This document shows, piece by piece, positions 48,373 to 55,822 of a stretch of 64,000 bases of DNA; the stretch's first letter is position 1; every line of letters starts with the position of its first letter. The stretch lies in the NCBI GenBank assembly GCA_025353105.1, contig JANXRG010000059.1, positions 2,383 through 66,382 of the forward strand, given 5' to 3'. A program made the position numbers and the translations under genes. The DNA comes from Verrucomicrobiota bacterium (GTDB taxonomy: Bacteria > Verrucomicrobiota > Verrucomicrobiia > Chthoniobacterales > SZAS-18). The notes below the pieces were generated by a model. That model ran no database searches. It saw only the letters and a list, made by a program, of their open reading frames with translations, and had not been told where the DNA came from.

Positions 48373-49035
48373 TCACAACGACTTGCGGCCCCGTGAGGAT
48401 CCGCGCCAAAGCCAGATGCAAATACCGACCAGGACCGCGATCCCCAGAAGAATCGCACTGGCCCGGCCGAGCCACCTTTCAATCAGTGGCAGGCTGGCGC
48501 CGAAGAAATATCCGAGCAGCGTGAACGCGCTCGCCCAAAGGACACAACCCACCGCGTTGTACGAAACGAAGCGCGCATACGGCATCTTGCTGGACCCCGC
48601 CATGAAGGGCATCAAGGCGCGGAAGATGTGCATGAAATGGCCGAGGAAAACGCTTTTCCTGCCGTGGCGGTGGAAGTAGGCATCGACCCGGTCGAGTTGT
48701 TTTTGGCGGACTCCGCACCACCGGCCGTGGCGCAACAGCCAGCCGCGCCCCAGGCGGAGGCCCACCTCGAAGCCGATGGTGTCGCCAATGATGGCCGCGG
48801 CGGTGACGAGGACAATGAGGCCGGGGAGACTGAACAGGCCTTGCGAGGCGAAGAAGCCGCCGGTGACGACGAGCGTTTCTCCGGGCATGAAGAAGCCGAG
48901 CCCGGGCTGGCACTCGAGCATCACGATGACGAAGATGATGACGTAGCCCCAAGGGCCGACCCGTTCGACGAGACTGACGAGATTTTCGAGCACGTTTTTG
49001 GGAGGGAAGCTGCCGATTCGGGCGGAGGGTGCCAC
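48373..49035 (-). CDS. DedA-family membrane protein
   Basis: FFMPGETLVVTGG, GDTIGFEVG and GHFMHIFRALMPFMAG (SNARE-associated/DedA pattern). Confidence 0.85.
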   Translation of the reverse strand: MAPSARIGSFPPKNVLENLVSLVERVGPWGYVIIFVIVMLECQPGLGFFMPGETLVVTGGFFASQGLFSLPGLIVLVTAAAIIGDTIGFEVGLRLGRGWLLRHGRWCGVRQKQLDRVDAYFHRHGRKSVFLGHFMHIFRALMPFMAGSSKMPYARFVSYNAVGCVLWASAFTLLGYFFGASLPLIERWLGRASAILLGIAVLVGICIWLWRGSSRGRKSL

Positions 49036-49133
49036 AGCGAAACGGGCAGAGCGAGGGTGGAGATCGCGGATTCATTTTAAAAAACGCGAGACGGTCATGG
49101 ACGACTCGACGCCGGAGGCGAGGAATCGCCGGT

Positions 49134-49505
49134 TCAACGGGCCGGAGTTCTCGAGTAGCGAGGCTGATAAATCTGCGCCTCACATCCGCCCGGAATTTTC
49201 AATCGGGTCGCCAAGCCCCAGCCGGTGTCGACAATGTCACCGGCGAATTCGACCCCACACGCTCTCAAATCTGCGACGGTTTGTTGAATGTCGTCGCAGA
49301 AAAAGGAAAACTGATGCGTGCCCGGTGCCGAACCACTCGACGATTGATCCTCCGTGGGATGAACGCCCAATTCGGCCTCGCGAAACGCAAAAATCAACCA
49401 CCCCCCGCCCACGTCATTGGCCGGCAGGCCCAGTTTGTCGCGCAGGAACGCCCTCGTTGCTTCCGGATCCGAGGAGTAAAACATCGCGTGTAGTCCGGTG
49501 ATCAT
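49134..49505 (-). CDS. VOC (glyoxalase/bleomycin-resistance) family protein
   Basis: 123 aa; the MITGLHAMFYSSDPEATRAFLRDKLG start and beta-alpha-beta-beta-beta pattern are typical of small VOC proteins. Confidence 0.75.
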   Translation of the reverse strand: MITGLHAMFYSSDPEATRAFLRDKLGLPANDVGGGWLIFAFREAELGVHPTEDQSSSGSAPGTHQFSFFCDDIQQTVADLRACGVEFAGDIVDTGWGLATRLKIPGGCEAQIYQPRYSRTPAR

Positions 49506-49686
49506 GGGTATTTGATGTTAGTGATTCTCCGCCGCGCCGCCCCCTCGTTGTTTAAATACCACCAAGCAATCGGAGAGCACCAAGAAAACGAAACGGACTG
49601 ACTTTCTCTGGCCGTCGATTGTCCCCCGGCGCATCCCAGGACTTCGCGCGGCGCTCGAATGTCGACTGTCGACCGTCGCCTAAGCG

Positions 49687-51084
49687 CTAGTCCCGCCGAT
49701 GCAGCGTGACGTGCAGGCCGTGCTTCGGGCGGAGCGTGATCGCGGGCAGCATCTCGACGGGGCGATCCGGCAAGAGGGAGGCCCGCCAGTGCTGCGCAAG
49801 GGTCGCGAGTACGAGGACGCCTTCCATCCAGGCGAACGCCTCGCCGGCGCATTGTCGCGGTCCGGCGCCGAACGGAAAATAGCTGAGCTTCGGCCGCGCG
49901 CTCACCGCCGCCGGCAACCAGCGGTCGGGATCAAACTTTTCCGGCTCGGGGAAATATTCCGGCAGGCGATGAATCAAATACTGCGGCGTGAGCAGGATCG
50001 ACTTCGCCGGAATCCGATAACAGGTGATTTCCAAATCCTCCATGGCGGTGCGGCCGATGATCCAGGCGGGCGGATACAGCCGCATTGATTCGGTGAGCAC
50101 ACGTTCGGTGTACGAAAGTCTGCGGTAATCCTCGAATTTTGGCGGGGTCCCCGCCAGTACGGAGTCCAACTCAGCGTGGAGGCGGGCCTCGATTTCCGGA
50201 TGTTGCGCGAGCAGATACCAGGTCCACGTCAGGGCATTTGCGGTTGTCTCGTGGCCGGCGAGAAAAAGCGTCATGGCCTCGTCGCGCACCTGCTGGTCGG
50301 TCATGCCCGGTCCGCCGTCCTCGTCACGCGCGAGCAACAGCATCGAGAGGAGATCGCCGTGGTCGCGCCCGGACGCGCGGCGCTCGCGGATCATCGTGGC
50401 GACTGCGTGTTCGAGGTGAAAGCGCGCGCGCCAGTAGCGGAGCGTGCCGGGGAGCGGGAGGTAATTGAGCAGCGCGGCGAACGGCGAGAGCATGCGGTTC
50501 ATCAGCGACATGATGTCGTGCATCGCCTGGCCGATCTCCGTGGCCTGGCCGCGCAGGTCCGTGCTGAAAAGCGTGCGACCCACGATGTCGAGCGTGAGGG
50601 TCATCATCTCGTGAGAGATGTCGATTTGCGCGCCATCCCGCCAGGTCGATGCGGCGCGCTGGGCCGCCTCGATCATCTGCCGGGCGTAACCGGGCAGGCG
50701 CTCGCGATGAAACGCGGGGTTCACAAGCCGGCGTTGCCGTCGATGGAAGTCCTCCTCGCTCGTGAGCAGGCCCTCGCCAAGCAGAATCTTGGCGCGCTGG
50801 AGCGCGCGCCCCTTGTGCATGCGATCGTGGTTCGTGACGAGGATTTCACGCACCGCATCCGGCGAGGTAAAGAGGAAGAACGGCAGCTTGCCAACGCGGA
50901 ACTGCGAGACGGGCCCGTAGTCCCGCGCCAGCCGCGTGAGAAAGGTCAATGGATCGCGCCGCAGCGCGATGACCTCGCGGAAACTGCCCAGGGAGCGCGG
51001 CCCGGGAATCGGCCGCTCGGCCGGCGGTGGAACGATGGACGGGACTTCGGGCATGATGGCGCTCATTCTATCCAGGACGGACAC
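49687..51084 (-). CDS. Cytochrome P450
   Basis: Heme-thiolate loop FPFGAGPRQCAGEAFA, ExxR (ESMR) and AGHETT I-helix. Track start is GTG 51084; ATG 51066 is the alternative. Confidence 0.9.
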   Translation of the reverse strand: MSVLDRMSAIMPEVPSIVPPPAERPIPGPRSLGSFREVIALRRDPLTFLTRLARDYGPVSQFRVGKLPFFLFTSPDAVREILVTNHDRMHKGRALQRAKILLGEGLLTSEEDFHRRQRRLVNPAFHRERLPGYARQMIEAAQRAASTWRDGAQIDISHEMMTLTLDIVGRTLFSTDLRGQATEIGQAMHDIMSLMNRMLSPFAALLNYLPLPGTLRYWRARFHLEHAVATMIRERRASGRDHGDLLSMLLLARDEDGGPGMTDQQVRDEAMTLFLAGHETTANALTWTWYLLAQHPEIEARLHAELDSVLAGTPPKFEDYRRLSYTERVLTESMRLYPPAWIIGRTAMEDLEITCYRIPAKSILLTPQYLIHRLPEYFPEPEKFDPDRWLPAAVSARPKLSYFPFGAGPRQCAGEAFAWMEGVLVLATLAQHWRASLLPDRPVEMLPAITLRPKHGLHVTLHRRD

Positions 51085-51103
51085 GACGTCATCCAGGTGA
51101 CAC

Positions 51104-51212
51104 GTCGCGCGGCGTGACCGCGCTCCGAAACTCGAGGGTTCAAACTCGAAATTGCCCTTTGATCTCGAAAAGAAGTTTTAAAGGGCTATCTCGTTTCGCT
51201 TGGTTCGAAGAA
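51104..51212 (+). repeat. ~110-bp intergenic repeat, copy A (hairpin + TCCGAAACTCGAGGG tail + internal stem)
   Basis: Aligns by eye over its length with 52321-52429. Stem GCGCGG/CCGCGC (51107-51123) and internal stem GCCCTTT/AAAGGGC (51154-51160 / 51180-51186). Confidence 0.7.
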
Positions 51213-51471
51213 AAGTGGGAAAGTCGGAAATCCGAAACCAAGATGTCGAATGCCGAAGGAAAAACGTGGTTTCACGCCGAGGCGCAGAGTCGCGGAGAGA
51301 TTCGAAGCGAAGCAGTCTGTTCATTCAATCGTCAATCCCTCTACGTCCCTGCGCCTCTGCGTGAGAAATCTGCCCCGGCTGGCGGCGGGAAGCTTGTCGT
51401 GGCTCCAAGTTCTGCTTTGGCTTGGTGTCCTTGGTGGTAAATTTCATGCACTGATCCATTCGTACAACGCG

Positions 51472-52194
51472 ATGCAACAACTGCGCAAAATGAAGGTCGT
51501 GTTTTTCGATGCGGCGGAGACCTTGATGTTTCTGCCGCGTCCGGTCGGCGAGCATTACGCCGAAGTGGCGGGGCGCTTTGGGCTCACGCTTGAATCCGCC
51601 GCGTTGGATCGCGCGTTTCGGGCCGCGTGGAAGGCGATGCCGCCGCGCATGATGACTGGGGACGGCGGTCCGCAGCCGGATGACGACAAAGGCTGGTGGC
51701 GCGAGCTCGTTCGACTGGTCTTCCACGGGGACGGACCATCGGGAGTCCATGGCGTACTAACGGAGACGGTCGCGCAAGGTCATAAATCAGCCTTCGACTT
51801 CGAGAAATACTTCGACGTCATCTACGATCATTTTGCCGAACCCGGGGTATGGCACGCCTTTCCGGACGTGGCGGACGTATTGGAAAAATTGCGCGCCCAG
51901 GGATTGCGTCTTGGCGTGATCTCAAATTTCGATCGACGGCTGTTTGCGAACCTTGAGGACATCGGGCTCGCGTCGTATTTCGATCACATCACGATTTCGA
52001 GTGAGGTGGGGGCCGACAAGCCGCACGCGCGGATCTTTGAGCGTGCGCTGGGGGCGTTCGGAGTCGCGCCGGATGAGGCCATGCACGTGGGCGACGACCC
52101 CGTGCGCGATTGGGCCGGGGCGGAAGCAGTCGGGCTGCGGGTATTCCGCCTGGAACGTCCAAGAAATGACCTGCGCGCGCTATTGATCGACTAA
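51472..52194 (+). CDS. HAD-superfamily hydrolase (subfamily IA)
   Basis: VVFFDAAETL (DxD-type motif I variant), ISNFD and HVGDDPVRD. The ORF-track N-terminal extension covers repeat sequence, so the start was trimmed to ATG 51472 (51490 possible). Confidence 0.75.
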   Translation: MQQLRKMKVVFFDAAETLMFLPRPVGEHYAEVAGRFGLTLESAALDRAFRAAWKAMPPRMMTGDGGPQPDDDKGWWRELVRLVFHGDGPSGVHGVLTETVAQGHKSAFDFEKYFDVIYDHFAEPGVWHAFPDVADVLEKLRAQGLRLGVISNFDRRLFANLEDIGLASYFDHITISSEVGADKPHARIFERALGAFGVAPDEAMHVGDDPVRDWAGAEAVGLRVFRLERPRNDLRALLID

Positions 52195-52245
52195 AACGAA
52201 CTTGCACGCAGGGGTGGTCTGGCCTACGCATTTCTTCCCCATTTC

Positions 52246-52317
<72 letters not shown>

Positions 52318-52320
52318 CGG

Positions 52321-52429
52321 CGTCGCGGCGCCCGGTGCCGCTCCGAAGCTCGAAGGTTCAAACTCGAAATTGCCTTTTTCTCTCCGGGGATTGCTTGAAA
52401 GGCTATCTCGCTTCGCTCGGTTCGAAGAA
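52321..52429 (+). repeat. ~110-bp intergenic repeat, copy B, directly 3' of tRNA-Lys
   Basis: Stem GCGGC/GCCGC (52325-52341), tail TCCGAAGCTCGAAGG and internal stem GCCTTT/AAAGGC (52372-52377 / 52398-52403). Confidence 0.7.
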
Positions 52430-52535
52430 CGCCGAAAAACGGGGCAAACAAAAACGCGAAGTTGAATCCGGCTTGATTCGGCGGGGGCATCGATCGGGTC
52501 GCTTTGTGGCCCTCGCGCGAGTTCCAGTCGTGAGG

Positions 52536-52955
52536 TCAATTTTCCGGCATCAGCACCGGAATGACTCGGTTGCCGTGGCGGCGGTAAAAGCGGAAGTCTC
52601 CATCAAGCGTGAAAACCGTACCCCCGGGGAGTACCTCCGCCAGGCGGACCAGGCACGCATCGGCGAGCGACATCGGCCGGTCCCGGTAGCGCAGCATGAG
52701 CGCACGGATATCCGCCAACTGATCGGTGACTTGCAGGGCCACCCGCACGATTCCCCGCTCCAGTAGAGCAAACAGCGCGTCAGTCTCCCGGCCTTCGCGT
52801 TTCAAGAGGAAAGCTGCCTCCGCGAGCACCGGCTCGCAAGTCAGCAGCGGTGGGCTGAGTCGCTTCCACTGCTCATGGACCCAGTGTTGATGAACGAGGC
52901 CGGCCGCGAGAAAGGTCACCAGCGGCCCTGTGTCCAGCAGCATCGGGCCCTTCAT
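52536..52955 (-). CDS. vapC: Type II toxin VapC (PIN domain)
   Basis: MLLDTGPLV (first Asp), EPVLAEAAF, LADACLV and TLDGDF supply the four PIN acidic residues. ATGA overlap with the antitoxin stop. Confidence 0.85.
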   Translation of the reverse strand: MKGPMLLDTGPLVTFLAAGLVHQHWVHEQWKRLSPPLLTCEPVLAEAAFLLKREGRETDALFALLERGIVRVALQVTDQLADIRALMLRYRDRPMSLADACLVRLAEVLPGGTVFTLDGDFRFYRRHGNRVIPVLMPEN

Positions 52956-53194
52956 CGCCCGAGACCATCAAGATGCTTTGGATTTGTGGCCAGATCACGC
53001 GGCAGACCCCTCACCGATCCCGCCAGGTCCCTGGCCAAGCCATAGCACGAGGCTTCCTCTGCGATCCTGCTGGAGCCCAGGGTCTTCTCCAGACTTTCTC
53101 TCACGACGGAAGATTTCGTGGTGCGCCTCGCCCGGCTCTCCTTCTCCAGCCGTTCGTGCAAATGCTTTGGCAACTTAAGGGAAATGGTGCGCAT
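52952..53194 (-). CDS. vapB: Type II antitoxin, ribbon-helix-helix (CopG/VapB-like)
   Basis: MRTISLKLPKHLHERLEKESRARRTTKSSVVRESLEK is a canonical RHH N-terminus. Start trimmed to ATG 53194; the longer track ORF is antisense to the tRNA. Confidence 0.8.
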   Translation of the reverse strand: MRTISLKLPKHLHERLEKESRARRTTKSSVVRESLEKTLGSSRIAEEASCYGLARDLAGSVRGLPRDLATNPKHLDGLGR

Positions 53195-53439
53195 ACCCGG
53201 AACGTAATACCGTCCACGCTGACGGGAAATACGCATTTGCAAAGGCAATAAAAGGACCCGTCCCTTGGTTGCCCCCTGGACTTGTCGATTTCGTTTTGCT
53301 CTCCTTCTTTTGAGCAAAACTCCGGTTTCAATCCGTCCCACTTTCGGGGGCCGGGTCATGGGACGGGCATCCACTATGCCGCGACTCAGTCGGTTAGCTC
53401 TTCGAGGTCCGTCTAAAATACCTGTCCCTTTGCGGCCCC

Positions 53440-53511
<72 letters not shown>

Positions 53512-53605
53512 AGGCGTCGCGGCGCGCGGCGCGCGGGGACTACGATGGGACTGGTCATTTGTGGATACGCACTTGCGATGAGTACGTTCGAGACGACGAT
53601 TCCGT

Positions 53606-54010
53606 GTGCCAGAATTCTCCAAAAGAGACGAAGCCGAGATCGCTGCGACGGCCAAGCTGCGCACGGATTTGGAGGGCGAGACCAATGATCGGCTACGCTA
53701 CCGAATTGCTCAAATGACAAGTGCGCCGGGCAACGCCGTGATTGCCACGGAGGTTCTTCAAGAGCGATTGACCAAGGAAGCATTTGCCAAACAGGCGGAG
53801 ATCGCAAACACGGGCTTTGCCCAGCAAAAAGAGATCGCTCGAAGGGGTCAGCGACTCCAGTGGATTATCCTTTGGGTGACGCTCGCTACGCTCGCAGTGA
53901 CTATCCTCGCATGGTGGTATTCGGATGCGCGGGATAGAATGATCAAGTCTCTGAAAGACAGTCCCAATACTCAGCAGGCGACACCGCAGCCCTCGTCTGC
54001 GCCGAAATAG
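53606..54010 (+). CDS. Hypothetical single-pass membrane protein (134 aa)
   Basis: GTG start. Helical charged N-terminal part, one TM (WIILWVTLATLAVTILAWWY). Lower third-position GC than the core genes by eye. Confidence 0.5.
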   Translation: MPEFSKRDEAEIAATAKLRTDLEGETNDRLRYRIAQMTSAPGNAVIATEVLQERLTKEAFAKQAEIANTGFAQQKEIARRGQRLQWIILWVTLATLAVTILAWWYSDARDRMIKSLKDSPNTQQATPQPSSAPK

Positions 54011-54063
54011 GAGTCGAGTTACTAACCGCTCGGTGGACGATTAAGGCACAGATTCGAGAAGGC

Positions 54064-54124
54064 ATAAATAACCTGTCCCTTAGTGTCCTAACCTGAAAGG
54101 TGGTTTCACATCTCGGACGACCCA
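54064..54124 (+). pseudogene. Collapsed third tRNA-Lys unit (leader and last ~9 nt only)
   Basis: ATAAAT + ACCTGTCCCTT matches the leader of copy 2. It ends in GACGACCCA (compare GTCGACCCA of the tRNA) and is followed by the same hairpin + tail as copy 1. The tRNA body is missing or unrecognisable. Confidence 0.55.
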
Positions 54125-54185
54125 TGGCATCGCGGCGCGCGACGCCGCTCCGAAACTCGAAGGTTCAAATTCGAAGCTCGAAGAA
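54125..54185 (+). repeat. Hairpin + tail module, copy C
   Basis: Stem GCGGCG/CGCCGC (54132-54148), then TCCGAAACTCGAAGGTTCAAATTCGAAGCTCGAAG. Confidence 0.7.
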
Positions 54186-54344
54186 ACGGCCGAAGGTTCG
54201 ACAAGATCCAAACGACTCGTCGCGGTGGGGTTCGTCCATTTGTGATAGGTCTGCGATACGCGCGAGACGATTTTCCGAGAATTCGAGCCGGCTGACGTCT
54301 GCCCCGTCCGGTAAGTCGCCTGGCTGACTCCGCGCTGGACTCAT

Positions 54345-55058
54345 TTGTGGCGAGGGCGTACGCGTGAAGCCGTGGACCCCAACTGTCTTCGCACCAATAA
54401 TCCGTTTCTTCCGTCGCTGGCTTCGGTCAGCGCGGAAATTCGGCCCAACGTGGACGCCATCATTGAGCTGGTGCCGGTTCTCGCCGTTTCCCTGATGGAG
54501 TTCGCGCGTTATTACGCCGGCGTGCTGGTGAACCAGTACAACAAGCGTACGTCGGACCAAAATTCCCAGTACGTGGTTCTTTGCATTCTTGACGTCCAGC
54601 TCAACCAGTTGTTTGGGCATTTCCGGCAGGCCGTGCAGGATGATGCCGTGGCCGCCAGACTGGTCGGCGCGGTCTTGTATCAGGCGCTCGGCAAGACCCC
54701 ACATTGCGACGACCAAAGCATCTTCCTGGGACTGAGCTACAAGTTGCGCGGTTCGGAGAAATATGCCGCCGCCGCGAGAATTTTTCCCAGCGGCCACGAA
54801 CCGGTCGGCGCGACCTTCGGCCGGGAATTCGCGCAGTTGATTTATGGGCGGACGTCCAATGACGTCGTGATGCTCGGGACGTCAAAATTGATGGCGATTG
54901 GCCTCTACACCGAGGCGAACATTCGGGGGATCCTGTTTGGCGAGGAGTTTACCGACGAGGATCGCGCCCGCGTCGAGGCCCGGTGCGCGGACCATGACCA
55001 AAAGACGAATCGCGAGGTTCAGGAATATTGGCGCAGAAATCCCACGTCAGGTTTGTGA
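54345..55058 (+). CDS. Hypothetical protein, family not recognised
   Basis: Third-position G/C bias supports the + frame over the antisense ORF 54165..54797. Track start is TTG 54345; the first in-frame ATG is 54495. Confidence 0.5.
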   Translation: MWRGRTREAVDPNCLRTNNPFLPSLASVSAEIRPNVDAIIELVPVLAVSLMEFARYYAGVLVNQYNKRTSDQNSQYVVLCILDVQLNQLFGHFRQAVQDDAVAARLVGAVLYQALGKTPHCDDQSIFLGLSYKLRGSEKYAAAARIFPSGHEPVGATFGREFAQLIYGRTSNDVVMLGTSKLMAIGLYTEANIRGILFGEEFTDEDRARVEARCADHDQKTNREVQEYWRRNPTSGL

Positions 55059-55105
55059 GACGCCGCGTCTGCAAAAATGGCCTACCCGCATGTGCGCGGC
55101 CGCGC

Positions 55106-55349
55106 TCACGGCTTGATCCACGGTTTGATCGGATTCGGTGTCGTAGCCTTGGATGACGACTCAATCCGCTTCAGCTTGGCAATGCGCGCCTGGAATTCCT
55201 GCGTGATCCACGCATCTCAGATCCCGGACGGGATCGTAATGGTGTGCGCCTTGATTGGGGGAGGGGCCGGCTCTTCGGCGCTGGTCTCGACGTGGGGCAA
55301 AAGCTCCGCCAGCTTGCTCGATGGAATCAGCCCCGACGTCGCCAGCGCC
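55106..55349 (-). pseudogene. Decayed 3' copy of the 58079..58522 gene (in-frame TGG->TGA, 5' part replaced by IS sequence)
   Basis: 244 bp align without gaps (roughly 90% by eye) to 58079-58322. Translation ...[46 protein letters not shown]...KPWIKP* compares with the intact ...IPSGIWDVRVTQEFQARIAKLERIE...KPWIKP*. Confidence 0.75.
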
Positions 55350-55700
55350 TGGACCTGGCTCTTCTCGTCACAACAAAAGACGATGGCGTGCTCGGGTGGG
55401 CTCACATAGAGGCCGATGATCTCTTCGAGCTTCTCGGCGAAGTGCGGATCGTTGGAAAGCTGGAAGGTCTTGACCAAGTGAGGCTTCAACCCATGCGAGC
55501 GCCAGCTGCGGCCCACGCTTGCCTGGCTGGTGCCCACCGCCTGCGCCCGGTGGGCGCTGCTGCAAAGTCATTTTCACGACCCGTGCCTTCTTGGCTTTGC
55601 CGATGCTCGGCAAACGGCCCGCACGGGTCGGCCAATCCTCTGCCGCTGAATTTCCTCCTGGTTCCCTTCTGCTTGTTCCTCTTGATCACGAGAACAAGCT
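55350..55700 (-). mobile_element. IS630-family transposase remnant (internal fragment, frameshifted)
   Basis: [55 protein letters not shown] and, in another frame, [25 protein letters not shown] match the N-terminal third of IS630-type transposases. No DDE part or terminal repeats were seen. The upstream limit is approximate. Confidence 0.7.
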
Positions 55701-55822
55701 TTCAAAAATGAAGATTGAAGCATCGAGAACTTCTTACCCCTATTTTGCCGGCGGAAATCGAAGTGGCGACAAGATCTCACTAATCAGCGTCGATTATTTT
55801 GTCCTAACCCGGATCGGGACGT

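Noticed and set aside
54165-54797. Minus-strand ORF of 210 aa.
   Set aside because: The overlapping + strand frame (54345..55058) shows the expected third-position G/C bias and a more natural amino-acid composition, whereas the minus frame is Arg/Gly/His-rich.
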